This document shows, one piece after another, positions 32,026 to 54,469 of a stretch of 64,000 nucleotides of DNA (position 1 is its first letter; every line of letters begins with the position of its first letter). The notes under the pieces were generated by a model that searched no databases, was not told the DNA's origin, and was given only the letters and a program-made list of their open reading frames with translations. Origin of the DNA: the human T2T-CHM13v2.0 reference genome, Homo sapiens; the NCBI RefSeq assembly GCF_009914755.1, contig NC_060936.1, one strand, 5' to 3'. The position numbers were made by a program, and so were the translations under genes.

Positions 32026-32390
32026 ATCTATCTATCTATCCAATTACCTGGAGTGTTAACAACAAAAATTCCAGATCCTTGGCCAGGCAGGTAGCTCACG
32101 TTTGTAATCACAACACTTTGGAAGGCCTAGGCAGGAGGATCACTTTCCCCCAGGAGTTCCAGAGCAGCCTGGGCAACACAGGGAGACCACATCTCTACAT
32201 TAAAAAACAAACAAACAAAAAATAGCCAGCTGTAGTGGCGTGCGCCCGTAGTCCCAGCTACTGGGGTAGCTGAGGTGGAAGAATCGCCTGATCTCGGGGA
32301 GGTGAAGGCTGCTGCAGTGAGTCGTGATGGCACCACTGCACTCCAGCCTTTGGTAACGGAGCGAGAACCTGTCTCAAAATAAAATAAAAA
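31837..32390 (+). mobile_element. Alu monomer (~31837-31983), (TCTA)n microsatellite (31984-32040) and AluJ (~32082-32390)
   Basis: Direct reading of Alu arms and the TCTA tetranucleotide array. Confidence 0.85.
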
Positions 32391-32744
32391 GTCTGCATTG
32401 TATGGTGGAGAAAGGCTGTCTCTGCCTATGCCATTCCTTCTAACTAAACGTCTTGTTTCCTGTTCTCTACCCAGCCTAGCCCTTTGGTTAGCATCTCCTC
32501 CTCAACTCCAAAAGTCTCAGGCATCCATTTGGCCAGTATCTTTCAATCCTCAACCTCGCAGAAGTCATCCCCCTTGTGTTCCCTTCGCTCTGGGGCCTTA
32601 TCCAAATGAGTACATTTTGCCCTTTGACAATTTGTCTTTTTTGTTATTCTGCTTCTCCTTACGGGAAAGCGCTCTTTATGGGCTGTAAAAGAAAAAAGTG
32701 CCCCTTTCAGTAACTATCCCCAGCAAGGGTCTAAGGAGCCATTT

Positions 32745-32860
32745 CTCTTCCACCTCCGGAAATAAGAGCGGACTGCGGTGGGGCGGAGCCAGGAGAACGG
32801 CGGCTCTCTCGGCCAACGGACTTGCTTCCCACCGCGCTGAGACTCCTGGGAGGAGAATTT
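32745..32860. promoter_or_regulatory. Small CpG promoter-like element
   Basis: ETS-like CCGGAAAT ~32756, GC box GGGGCGGAGC ~32780, and a CpG cluster within AT-rich flanks. Confidence 0.55.
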
Positions 32861-33181
32861 CAGTTTTTTGGCTTTTGGTTTTGTTTTGTTTTGTTTTCCT
32901 TCTTGGATAGAAGTAGCACCCTAATCCCTGGGCTTCTGTGCCGTTTAGCATGTGCTTTCCTGGATCTCAAGGCCCATGGCCTACCTTTCTCTGTCCAGGC
33001 AGCTCTGGGAGAGTGGAAGAGTGGCTCATCCATCTCTGAAAAGGAGATTCCCCAGTACTGTGAGCTACCGTGTGAATTTGGGACTCCCCTGGCCTCCTGA
33101 GGGCCCCTCCAGCTCCCCTGGTGCCTTCTGCCCATGTCACTATGAAGTCTTCCTGTTATGAGCCCACACGTCTAGGGTGGG

Positions 33182-33215
33182 AAAGATTAAGAATTTTTGA
33201 AAATTCTTAATCTTT
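33182..33215. repeat. Perfect 16-bp inverted repeat with a 2-nt spacer
   Basis: aaagattaagaatttt-tg-aaaattcttaatcttt. Confidence 0.95.
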
Positions 33216-33614
33216 TAAATAATTCTTAGACTTAATTTTTGTTTTCAGAAGAACCGGGAATGGAGGTTTTCTGAAGACAAACGTTTTCCTAAAAATGGAA
33301 GAGGCAGAAAAAGGCCCATTATACCATCAGTGCAGGTAAAGTGAACAGAAGAAAGATGGAATAAGCAGAGGATGTGTTGCGTATTCCATTTTCTTTGGGA
33401 AAATTTCCGTTTCTTTTAGGAAGTGAAAAGCCCCTACTTTTTGGTGACTATTAGAGGAGCAAGCCTCCTTGGATTCTTAACTTATTTGGGGGCTCTCTCC
33501 CTTCCCTCACTTTTTTTCTCTTTCTAAAAAAGGTCTGCTTTAATTTCTTCAGAGTAGGTGATTTCATTTATAAGGCCTTAGGAATATGCACACTTTGTTT
33601 TCTTTAGTCTGTAG

Positions 33615-33939
33615 CAGCGGTCCCCAACCTTTTTGGCATCAGGGACCACTTTTGTGGAAGACAATTCTTCCATGGACGGGGGCGTTGGGGAGAACGGGGG
33701 TTGGGGAGATGGTTTCGGGATGAAACTCATCATCAGGCATTAGAGTCTCATAAAGAGTGGGCAGCCTAGATTCCTCACATGAGCAGTTCACGATAGGGTG
33801 CTGATCCTGTGAGAATCTAATGTCGCCACTGATCTGACAGGAGGCAGAGCTCAGGAGGTAATGCTGGCTGCCCACCACCTGGTGTGCTGCCTGGTTTCTG
33901 ACAGGTACCGGTTGGTGGCCTGGAGATTGGGGACCCCTG
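33615..33939 (-). mobile_element. MER1B (hAT-Charlie)
   Basis: cagcggtccccaacc...ggggacccctg TIRs; 8-bp TSD gtctgtag at 33607 and 33940. Confidence 0.9.
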
Positions 33940-35539
33940 GTCTGTAGTACTTTTTGTATTTTCTACATTCTATGCAATGCACTTATATTAATGAGTCAGA
34001 AAAGTAGGATATAACTATTATTTAAAAAGAAAAATAACTGTTGAAGTTCAGGAGCTGCAGACAGGACAGAATTAGTTTAACATATTATTTCGAAGTTTTT
34101 AGGACTAGGGATACCTTCTTCAGTTTTATCCAACTGTAGGCATTGCTGTTATTATTGGTGCATGATGAAGAGACTTGGTACTTGTGTCTTAGGGATTTTA
34201 AGGCAAATGGATCATGGAGAAAAGACCCATTTAGGTGACGGGCTTATGAAGAATGGCTATATGTAAGCAACTAGTGGACTAGGAGAAAGTAGCAACCGTA
34301 TCTGAAAGTTTATAAGTGTCAACATAATAACTCAACAAAACAAACATTTTGTAATGTAAGTCACATGTAGCCTGGTCCTTGTCTTCTAGAAAGTCATATT
34401 TTAGAGTTCTAAGACATGAGATGAAGGATATTTTATCCTCTTCTGGTTAATTAAGGCCTTCAGATACTAGTCCTGAAATTCAACTTTTTTGCTAAGGTTT
34501 AAAAATACATTTTTCTCTCCAAAAGCTTCATAGAAGCCCTAGAGACTTTTTCCCCATTGGTTTTTTTTTAAATAGTTTAAAACATAATTATAAACTGTAA
34601 ATTTTATTTATTCTTTTGATGGTTGAAGAAAGCAGCATATAAGACAGTGGGACAAGTATGATGAAGGCGAGTATTTCCCAAGCATCCAATAAGGGAAATT
34701 AGAAGTGAGTGGTGGAGAAAGAACATCTCAATATTTCTGAAATCTGAGAAATATGGAAGCTGATAAGTGAACAGGAATCCAGTGTTAGAGGAAAAACTTA
34801 CCAAATATTTCCATATAGCAAAAATGTTGGGTTGATTTTAAGTTGGAGTTGTCCTTTGAAGTATTGGCCCATCAAAGCTGCTATTATAGCAGAGCTGTCT
34901 GGTTTTTGAGGGACAAATTGCTTCTGGTGGTGATGGAGGTGGGGGTTGAAATATGTGGGATTTGTTTCTAGGACTTGCTGTCATCCTGTGGCAATTAGTG
35001 CTAGATCAATGTTTATCTAGCACAGTGTATTAATAGAATTCTCTGTTTTAAAGAGTATAACTTCTGAACCAATTTAGGTGCTTTGTAAAGTTAGCTCTTT
35101 TATCTGTTAAGTTTTGTAGCAGGCTTGTGGTTGCAGTATTGTTACATGATTCATATTTCTAGCCTAAGTCCTTGGATCCATGAGTTTATTTATTTTGGGA
35201 TTTGTAAAGAAGGCTGTGTCTCTTTTTGGCATACTTGTATATATTAGTGTGAAAAAAACATTTTTGTATACTATTTATCTGTAAAAATAATTTTAGAGGT
35301 CTTGTGTATATGGTTATATAGAATCTTTCCCCAGTAATGGAGGAGGTGGCGGGAGGTCTTTGCATGAGCTTTAGGGCTTCTAGTACATGTTACATGGTTC
35401 CATAAGACTTCACTTACAAAACACAAATTCAAAACTAAATTAAGAATTGTAAGACGGCAACTTCAGCATTAAAACCCAAGCTTGAAGCCCTGTGTAGTAA
35501 CATGCCCATGAAGCCAGCCTTGCTGATTATATTAAAAGA

Positions 35540-36909
35540 TTCTTCTCCAATGGATGAAGGATACCCATTGCTTATATATTCCTGTTGTGTGATTTGTCTT
35601 GTGCAAAATGAAAGGCTCATTCACACTGATGACATTCGAAGTGTTTCTCTTTGCTGCAACTGCTCATTGATTACCTAAGGACAGAGAAATTGTCCCGTAC
35701 TCATTGGTTACATTCATAAGATGTCTAATATAAATTGTCTCATGTGCCTAACAGATGAAAGATCAATACGTGCTTTTCCACATTCATAGGGATTCTCCCC
35801 ATTATATACTCTTATGTGTGGTAAATGAAGGATTATATTGGAAGGATTTTTTGTACTGATTACATTCATAGGGCTTTTCACTAGTGTGGTTTCTCATGTT
35901 TTCTAAGGGATGAAGTAATACTAAAGGCTTTCCCACCATCTTTGCATTCTATTTTGTATTCTCTTGTACACTGTAAGGGAAAAGCTGTAATCAATATGTC
36001 CCCAGTTTGAGCTCCCCAGTTTGCGCTCTCGTGTACATCAAACGTGAGTGCTTCCTGAATATTTTTCCAGTATAATCATGACAGTTACAGGGTTTTTCCC
36101 CAGTGTGAATTCTCATGAACACAATGGGAGTAGAACTTACACTGAAAACTTTTCTGTATCAATCACATTTATAGAGATTCTCCTCAGTATTCTCTTCTCT
36201 CCTCTAAGGACAGATCTAATGCTAAAGACTTGAAAATGCTGCTTACAGTCATTGTGCTTTATTCTAATGTGAATTATAATATGTATCCAAAGGGATGAGT
36301 GATAACTGAAGGCCTTCTGCAGTCCTTACATTCATAAGGTTTATCTCCATTTTGTATTCACATGTACCTCAGAAATTAAGAGTTACTACTGAAACATTTT
36401 TCATATTAGTTATATGCAGAGCAGAAAATTCACCAGTTTGAATTTTCTTGTGTTGAATAAGGTTAGACCTTGCACTGATGATATTCATTGAGTGTTTCTC
36501 TAAGATGACTTATCTCCATTTTTGCACAATTGTGTTGACTTTTACATTTTACCTAAAAATGTCCTACTTAAGATTTGACCCTTTGATTTTTAAGTAGAAC
36601 ATACAAATACTTGGGAAATTTCATCTTCTGTCATCAACTCATCTTCTTTCTCTAACCAAGAGATCAAACGGAGTTTGCCCATATGATGCCTAAGTGATAC
36701 CACGTTGGTAGTTCTCCTGTATCTCATTCCTGTGCAGGTTTCACTGAGATGAGTCCAGTAAAGCCCTCTTCATTGAAGGTCACTGAGTCCTGTGATTAGC
36801 TTGTCAGCAGCCAGGCAGCCAACACTCCCTTTCTTGCGTTTCCTGTTTGGTGACAGGGAGGGTCCTGAGCAGACCAAATGCTAGTTAAGGGCAGATAAAC
36901 AACTGCCAT
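35540..36909 (-). pseudogene. Processed KRAB-C2H2 zinc-finger pseudogene, ZNF557/ZNF558-like
   Basis: Minus strand from ATG 36909: MAVVYLPLTS...VLAAWLLTS*SQDSVTFNE..ALLDSSQ*NLHRNEIQENY (KRAB-A), then GHHMGKLRLISWLEKEDELMTE (KRAB-B), MEISHLRETLNEYHQ, and degenerate fingers (QNGDKPYECKDC, MRIHTGEKPCNCHD, MRNHTSEKPYECNQ, EKHFECHQCE). No introns between domains; many stops and frameshifts. Confidence 0.85.
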
Positions 36910-37888
36910 CCTGTGAGTTTGACTGTAAATCTTGAAATTCAGAGCAGTGGGACTCAAACATACCCTCTTTTTGTTCTCACAGTCCATTTGGGGCAAGGAT
37001 CTTAGACTTTTTAGGTGGCATCTTCCCACTGAACTGTGATTTTTCAGATGAAGACAGTACTCAAAAGTTGAAATTTAGTACAATTAATAATTTTTATTGC
37101 TTCATCAAAAATATTGAAAATTAAACTTGCTTTTTTTTCTCTTCTTCCCTGTGAGTGTGTGGTGATGAAGAATACAGTGATTTATGCTAGGAGGCCAGAA
37201 TTTTGCCCACTGTTGGTTTTGTGCCATCAGTGTAAATGTCAACATAGGTGGGTAATGTCTTAGAATTATTATGAAAATAGTTTTGACTTTGTGGCATTTC
37301 CTCCAAAGTGTTTGGTTTCCTGACGAGTATAAGGACAGTATTCTGAGAATCGCTGCCCTAGAGAATTGTAAGGGCTTTTCTTTTGCTTTCTAATCTTTTT
37401 CATGCAGAGAAGGCATTAAGCTTTAGTGAATTATTCAGTATCTCCTTTTTTGTGTGTGTACAATCGCTTATCCAGTTGTTGGAAATATCGTATTCAAATT
37501 ACAACCCATAGAAGAGATTTTACAAGCCGTGTAGACCAATTACTAGTCATTTTTAAATGTTCCTCGTATTTCTGGCCTCAATGCAATCATTTGAATCTTA
37601 TATTTATTTGTCTGCTTCCAAGTTTTTTTTTCCATATCTTTTCCCAGTTATCTTACACAGTTTGATTATGTTGTCTGACTGTGGTTTTCTTTAAGTTGAT
37701 ACATTTGGGTTTTGCTGTACTTCATGGATCTGTCAGTTTATGCCTTTTACCAAATTAGGGAAGTTTTCAACCATTATTTATTAAAATACATATTTTCTTC
37801 TATTCCAATGTCTTTCTCCTCTCCTTCTGGAACTTTTGTAACACAAACATGTTTTTTAAAAAATAATATCTCAGAGGTCTCTGATTCT

Positions 37889-38424
37889 TTTTTTTTTTTT
37901 AATTATACTTTAAGTTCTGGAGTACATGTGCAGAACGTGCAGTTTTGTTACATAGGTATACACGTGCTATGGTGGTTTGCTGCACCCATCAACTCGTGAC
38001 CTACATTAGGTATTTCTCCTAATATTATCCCTCCTCTAATCCCCAGTCCCCCGACAGGCCCCGGTATGTGATGTTCCCCTCTCTATGTCCACGTGTTCTC
38101 ATTGTTCAACTCCCAGTTATGAGTGAGAACATGCGGTGTTTGGTTTTCTGTTCTTGTGATAGTTTGCTGAGAATGATGGTTTCCAGCTTCATCCATGTCC
38201 CTGCAAAGGACACGAACTCATCCTTTTTATGGCTGCATAGTATTCCATGGTATTATGTGCCATATTTTCTTTATCCAGTCTATTACTGATGGACATTTGG
38301 GTTGGTTCCAAGTCTTTGCTATTGTGAGTAGTGCTGCAATAAACATATGTGTGCATGTGTCTTTATAGTAGAATGATTTATAATCCTTTGGGTACATACC
38401 CAGTAATGGGATTGCTGGGTCAAA
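37889..38424 (-). mobile_element. 5'-truncated L1PA (older, ~PA7-like) 3' end
   Basis: L1 3'UTR and ORF2 end; TSD tctgattct at 37880 and 38425. Confidence 0.92.
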
Positions 38425-38469
38425 TCTGATTCTAAAAGAATTATTTTTTTCACTTTTTTCTTCTGTTAC

Positions 38470-38796
<327 letters not shown>

Positions 38797-38871
38797 TCAG
38801 ATTGGATACTTTCTATCTCCAAGTTCAGCAACTCTTTCTTCTGTCATCTCTATTCTGCTATGAGCCCCTAA

Positions 38872-39231
<360 letters not shown>

Positions 39232-40461
39232 CTGATTCTCATCAATCTTAGCACGTACAACTAGGGGTGAGATAAGGACCTCCATACACAAACTTTAATG
39301 TGCCCTTTCTCCAGCCCCCTCATTTTCTTGGTTGTCTACTCACTCTTTGGTTCCTGGGGTTCCCCACTCCTGGGTTTCTGACCAGAGCATTAGCTTCCCT
39401 GCGCTGTTGACAGGGTTCTCTGCCGGATCTGCCACTGCCACACTTGCCTGTCCTAGGGTAGGAGGCAACAGGCTTTGCCTCTCAGGGGCCATCTCATTGC
39501 TGGTGAGGAGAGGGAGGGCACAGATTAGTTGCTTGTACTTCTATAAGCAGGGAGAGTCTATAGGGCTTTTACCCACATGTTGACCACCAGTTGGCTGGTG
39601 GGAAGGGGAAGGTGTGCTGGTTGTTTGCTGGCAATCCCCTGGAGTAGGATAAAATAAAAGATTCCATCCCTCCCCCCGTCACCATCCCAGTTTTCCATTC
39701 TTAAAACTAGAGGAGTCGATTTTTCTTGGGACTTTTTCTTTCTAGGCCCATTGACAACCATCGGCAGTTCTGGTTTTTAGGTTTTCAGGTTGCACTGCTG
39801 CCCAGGCTGGGATATGTGAGGCAAAACAAACCCTGGGGAACTTGCTGCTCCATTTTCCTTATGTCCTGAAATCCTTATCCAGTCATCTTGCTTTTATCTG
39901 CCTTTCAGAGTCTTCTGGTAGTTGTTCTATGTGTTTTAGTTATAGGTTTTTAGTTGTAGTTAATGGGAGAGGTGGGAGGTGATTAATCCGTCTTATCTGA
40001 AAATGGAAGTCTCATCTGTCTATCTTTTTATTGAAACATGGTCTTCGTCACTACACTAGGCAAAAATTATTGCTTATTTTGTATGTTAATTATAGCTGAA
40101 GAATGAGATTGTTTTTCATATATTAACCATAGTTTTCATTTATCCACTGGTTAATTTTGAGATTTACTCTTAATTTTGGGATTAATGCTTAGACTTCTTT
40201 TTGGGAGAATATTCTCTAGTTTGCCTTTGTACACTTGTTTTAAAATTTTTTAATGTACAAATTTTAAGATTTTTATATAATCTTCTATCAGTAATTTCCA
40301 CTGTTATTTTTTCCATTACTTTTAAGCTTAGAAAATCCTTCTTCTGCCTGAAGTCAAATAAATATTCATACAAACTTTTCTCTGCTTTCATTTTCTATGT
40401 TTAAGTCTTTGATCCATCTTAAATTTATTGATGTGTGGTGAAACATGAGTATTTACTTTAA

Positions 40462-40808
<347 letters not shown>

Positions 40809-42240
40809 AAAAGTTATTCTTAACATGTTAAAAGTTCTAATGACAAACAGATAAAAGCTCCATGGTCTTTTTTAAAAATATAAAATGGTTTTAAAGACTG
40901 GGCTTCAATTTAAAGATGTACATTTGCTTTTCAGATTGAATTTAATAAACAGCCCACTTCTGCAACAAGAGGGCTACTTTTTTGCCTTTATTTTTATTTT
41001 TAATAATTCTATTTATGAGGTATGATATGATATTTTGATACATGTATATAATGTGTGATGATCAAATCAGGGTAATAGGGTTACTTTTTCAGTCTGGTCC
41101 TCAGGAGACAGAAACCACACAGTAGGTTAAATAGGGAAAGGTAATATAAAGAATTTTTAAGCAATGATAGAAGAGTAACAAGCAAGAACAAAGTTGGGAT
41201 GGGAGTTTAGACCTTGTTGAAGAATATATAGTTGCAGCCCACTGGATGGAGGAGAGGTTTGCTGGTTTGCCCAGGCTACAGCTGATCCCTATTCACTGGG
41301 CAGGCAGGAATAACCTCCTGGGGTACTGACAAAACAGGCTGATAAGTAGGCCTGGAGAGAGTGTCAGATGTGCTACTTTAGGCATTCCTGGAACCAGGAG
41401 CTCGAGAGACCACCCTTTTCGGGAATCTAGTGTACGTTTGTATACGACTTGGACCAGGATGTCTAAGAGCAGCTATGTGGAACAAAGGCAGGGCAGCAGG
41501 CCCTGTAATGACCCTGGTTGGTGTGTACTCAAAACTGGGGAAAGGGTGTGGGAAACAGCAACCTGGGCTGGAGAGGCATTTGCTGGGAGTGGAGGGGGAA
41601 ATAGAGGCAGGATGTTCTGTCTTGTTCTCTATAGCTCAAAATACTAGACCACTTGAGGGATTCCCTCAAGCCATACAAAAACAGGCAGCAGGCTGGATTT
41701 AGCCTATAGGCCACAGTTTTCCACACTCTGTTCTAGGAACCTGGTGATGGAGAGACCGGAGAGAACTAGCGAGGAAAACCCCTTCTTCCTGCAGCATCTC
41801 TACAATGGGCTTTACTGACAAGTTTTAACAGCTTGCCAGCTAGGAAATGTAAAATATTTAAAAGGCCCAGATCTGTTTTCACGTATCAGGCAACAAAGGG
41901 TGAATTTGATGCTGAGAGACAATACGTTGGAAACTGGCATAGCTGGTGTGGTAGAAATTATGGTAGGGGAAGGATGGTTGCTTGAGCAAAGCTTTGATTA
42001 ATGAGAAGTTGTGAGAAAAGAGCTGATATGGCAACTTTTCTTTTCTGGATGGAAGATAGAAAAGGAGTGTCCTTGTTGGGTTTACCTATGAGGTATGAGA
42101 ATGATCATTCTGAACTTTTCCCTAGGTGAGGTGTTCATGTTCTCTTCTGTAAAATGTGAATAACACTATTCACCTGCCAGTGGTGTTGAAAGAAGTAGTG
42201 ATAATTTAAACACAATGCCTGATGAATAGGCCTTCAGTAA

Positions 42241-42563
<323 letters not shown>

Positions 42564-44834
42564 AGCTATTCTTCCCTATATGGATCAAAAGCTGAGAAAA
42601 AGCCATAGAAGCCGGAGCTGGGTTAAAACAGAAAATCAGTGTGATTTCCCTAGGAAATGGAGAATTTAGTGTCTTTTGAATGGAAATATTTAGAATTGGA
42701 ATTTTGAAGGAAAAATGGAGGAAATTATGTTATTATGCAGTGTAATTATGGAATGTATTGTGAACTGGGAATGAAAATAAGGTTTGCTATTGGTTATATT
42801 CTTTAGCATGGACATGTATTTTCATGGTTACTTAATTTGGTGGAGAACAAATTTTAATTAATGAATTTGGATTTTGTGAACTTTCAGGTTTTTAGAGATT
42901 GGATAGAAATAAGGTTCTCTGAGGTGGGGATGTAGTACCATACAACATAAAATTAGGCATGTAGGTCTGAGATGTTTTAGTTCTCAGACTATAACAGCAG
43001 TTGCTTATATATATGGTAAATGATTTTCTGTGTTTCTGCTTTGGCTTCATTTGTGCAGTATTCTGGGATTCTGACAAGGGTGGATGTCTGGGGATTACTA
43101 TAACAGAATTGAATGATGCCTAGAATGTAGTATTATTGTGAGGCTGCAGCTTGACTGTGCCTTGGGATGCCTCAAACCTCATATTGAAAGTATGAATCCT
43201 CAGAGAAATGGGTTTTCAGTTTGAGATTAACTGATCATAGTAGAATGGTTCTTAGAGACCTCATATTGTGGGCTCGTGCAAAGACCTAACTATTAGTAAT
43301 GCTTGGATGAGGGGCTTAATTTATGTAGCACACTTGTGTTTGGGTAAGAAAAAGAACTTGGGTAGGAATTTGATAACACTAAAAGCCAACACTTCTCCCT
43401 TGCTGTCATTTGGGGGTTGGGGTACAGGTATAGATTTTATGTATGTTTATGTTATGTGGGGTATTTAGAGATCCTTAGTATTCTTCAATGGAAAGGGCCA
43501 GGGAGACCAGATCTTCATATTTTCAGGCTACTTGCTGAGAGATTTTCCTGCTCCTCTAGTGAGATCCCTTGGGTCTAGGCTCCCCAGACTCACTTCCAAA
43601 CAATTGTGCTGAGGATTAAAAGGATGAATGCACAATTGCCAAACTATCCCCATGCTTTTAAGAAACATTGTTATTTTATTTTTGCATTCCTTTTTATAAG
43701 CCACGTTAGTCTTCTCCAAAGCTATGACTGGGACTGGTGGGATCATTTGTTCAAATGACTGTTGTTGGGGTCATTTGTATTAAAGTAGAAGCCACATAGT
43801 AGTGCAGGGGGAAGACAGGGTCTTAGAATATAAAACAAGATGAGTCAGAAAATGACTTTTGGAAAAAAAAGTAGTAGCAGGTTCAGGTCAATGGGGGAGT
43901 CTTAGTACACTGCTGAACAGGTTTCTGTCATTCATCTTGGGGTGAGATAAATTAAATAAATGCAAGATAATTGAGTCAGAAAGATGCAGGACCTTGGAAT
44001 CCCAGGCCTGTGGATCCAGGGAGGGACAGTGAGATAGAATGAGGTTAGATCAGTATACTGCTGAATTCTGCTGTGCTCTGGCATGGAGTTATCCTTGGTG
44101 AAATTAAATCAGTATAACTCCGTATGAGTGAGTGAGATTAATGAAACCTCTGTCTGATGTTCTTGGGATTTAGCATTTAAAGGTTGCTCACTCTTTAAAT
44201 CAACCAAGTTCCTCTAGAGACCTCCAAGAACAAAAACTATCTTGCTCTGGAATTCAAAGCAGAAGGATATAGGTTAGACATCATTCCCAAGTGTCCTTCC
44301 TCCCTACAACCCTCTCACCCCTGACCCACAAAACTTCATGAAATTAAGAGCTATTGCTCTTTCTCACAAAAGGTTGGTGCTGTCCTCTTTAAGTGATAAC
44401 TTCTGATTTATAATCATAGACCATTAAAATTCAAAGAGATACTTCAGGCTTGTCTTTGTGGAGCTGGAGTTGGTATCTCTGGTTTAGTGGTGTGGTGCTA
44501 GTTTTTACTGACTTTTTTCCTAAAGAAATCACTTTTCTGAAGTATCTTTTCCTTTTGGGATGTCAGAAGAAGAGAGCTGGCAGTAGATTTCTTCCAAAGA
44601 GGAAGGAAAGAACTCTTAAGGGATTGGTGATTTGGAAAATATCTGTCAGCTAGCTTTCTTGACCTCTGAGCCAGCTGAGTGGCAAGTGGGGCATTTGTTT
44701 CCTGCTCTTATTAAAAAAAAGTATTCATCTACTACTTACAGCATATTTATACAGAGATCTATAAAAAAATGAATGGTTATATAGATAAATGAAAATGTTT
44801 GCTTTTTTGCTGTTGATGTTTTTGATTTTTTTTC

Positions 44835-51510
<6,676 letters not shown>

Positions 51511-52410
51511 GATTTTTTTTCATTTATTCGTTTTCCTTTGATTTCGCCTCTCCCAAAGGTTTCAACTTGGCCTCCCTTCTGATCACAGGGGCATCAGTAA
51601 ACATGGTTGGTTGATTTTGTTCTTGTCTTTCATGATTACACCATTATGTACAGTCAGTCTATTTTTCTCTGGATCAGCTGACTTCAAGGGTCTGACTTCA
51701 CTCATTTTCTTCCTTATTCTCAAAGCAAGCAGTTATGCCTCTTTTTTATCTGGTGTTTGCCCCATCCTGTGGCCACTGGTCTCTGCAACCAGGAAGGGTA
51801 GCTAGACCAAGAGACTATACAAATGGGAGAAATCCTGCTTAATGTGGTCCTGCCTTTCCATCTGGCAGTCCTTCCTGGGTGCACTGTCCCTGTGCTGATG
51901 CAGTAGTCCCCTGCCCATGTAAATCCTCAGGGTCACATTACTGTGCCCTGATTTTAAAGATGGGAAAAGGTACAGTGAGTGCCTTTAGATACTCTTGAAT
52001 CTGAGCAGCTCTGAACTGTGATTATGGAGATAAACTAGCCCCTGCTTTATGGTGGAGATATATAATAGGGAAAGGGTCAACCTTAGAGAAAAGGAAACCT
52101 AACACAGTACTTAAGAACTTAGGCCTTAGGATTAAGTAGACTTAGGTTTGGTTCCAAACTCTACCACTTGCTACCGTGTCACCACTTACAGCTCTGTCAT
52201 TATCACTAGTTGTCCTTCCCAATGTCCCTTAACTACCTTTTCAGTCGTATCTCCTGCTACTCCCCTTCTCATTGTCTACCCTCTCCCTGCCCCTCAACAC
52301 ACACCTGTGTTTTAACCAGATAGAACTACCTGGAAGCTTCTTAGAAGGTAAAACCTCTAGCCCTATCTTCAGACCTATGAATTGCACTTTATGAGTATCC
52401 CAGGGTATTA

Positions 52411-53045
<635 letters not shown>

Positions 53046-54469
53046 AGCACTGGTCTAAGCTACTTCCTGGAGCTTTGATTTTTAAAAGAAACTGTCACTG
53101 TCTAGCCTGTGACTGATGAATGTATGTGATTGCCCTCTGGAAAAGTATGATATGCTTGGCAATTTGAAGTATTCTTAGAATAATACTTTAAATTATTCCC
53201 AACTAAACTGTGTCCAAAATAGGTCCTTGATAAGCTAATCCTTACTTGGCCCCCTTCATTTCCAACCCTTTGAAATTCACTCTGCTCCTTTCTCCTGATC
53301 TTCTGGAAGTTTCTTTCTGAATCTAGAGAAACTCTCCTCACCAGAGAGGAATGATGTAAGCAGGCTCAATTAAATGCCCGCTGTGTATAATGAAGCATAT
53401 TGTTAGGTGCAGCATGGGACATAGAAGTTCAAAGACTATAGCTCTTGAGGATATCTTTATTTAGTTGGAAATACAAGACAGAAACATTCAAAGTAAAGTA
53501 AATTTATTCCTTATATTTAGGTAGCCCTTGTTCATCTACCTCTTCTGAAATTTTGCAATAATTCTGTGATGTTGGTAGGAAGGGAATGTGATGTTAGATA
53601 AGAAGTCAGATGGCCGGCACATCCATCTGACAGCCACACCACTGATATTAAGGGATTTGTTAATGTCATATGGCTCCTAAAGAGCTAGGATATGCATCCA
53701 TATCTTCCAGCTCCAAGTACGAGTTTTTTTCTTTTTAAAAAATATTGTGTCACATTATACCCTCTAATGCCAAATTCATTTAAAATAAAGAAAAAGCCAT
53801 ATAAGATTGCAGAAGTAATTTTGGTGGTTGTGGTAGTTAAGAGGCAAGAAATCATTTGAAAGAGTTTGGGGAGTCTTCAGTGAAGAAGGATAATGTAGCA
53901 GTACCTTGAAAGATGAGCAGGACTTATCTGGGCAGACAAAGAGGATGAGAAATCCAAGAGAGGGGATGAGATGGAAAAAAACACAGTATGTTCAAAGAAT
54001 AATGATTAGACCAGTATCCTCAGGCGATGTGAAATCTAGATTGTTTCAGTACAGTTGAATGCGTCATCTAAATTTCCCAGGTGTGGGAATCAGTGTTTAG
54101 GGTAGAGGGATCACACAATTGGTTCCTTTTTTACTTCATGCTCTTGCACAGAATCCACTGTGTAGAATTAGGGAGACATGACTTCAGATACCTGACTGGT
54201 GGAATTAAAGGTGGGAGTTTCTAATCTGGGTTGTGTTTCATGGACTACCCCGTGTACTTTCTACAGGCAGTGTGTTGCTTGTTTTGGATAGTTGGGAGCA
54301 GCTTCGCTCACCTTAAGGAACTGTGGGTAGATGGTTTGCAGGACCACATACACACACAAAATAGCCGACTAAAGAAAGCGGTGGAGATCGAGATCAGTAA
54401 GTTTGATTTGGGAACAAAACCCTGGAGACTCTATAGGTAGGTGACTGTTGGGGGTGGACAGGCGCTGAA

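Noticed and set aside
44555-44630. KRAB-like AVDF..EE words
   Set aside because: Too short, with no supporting downstream motif or exon structure.
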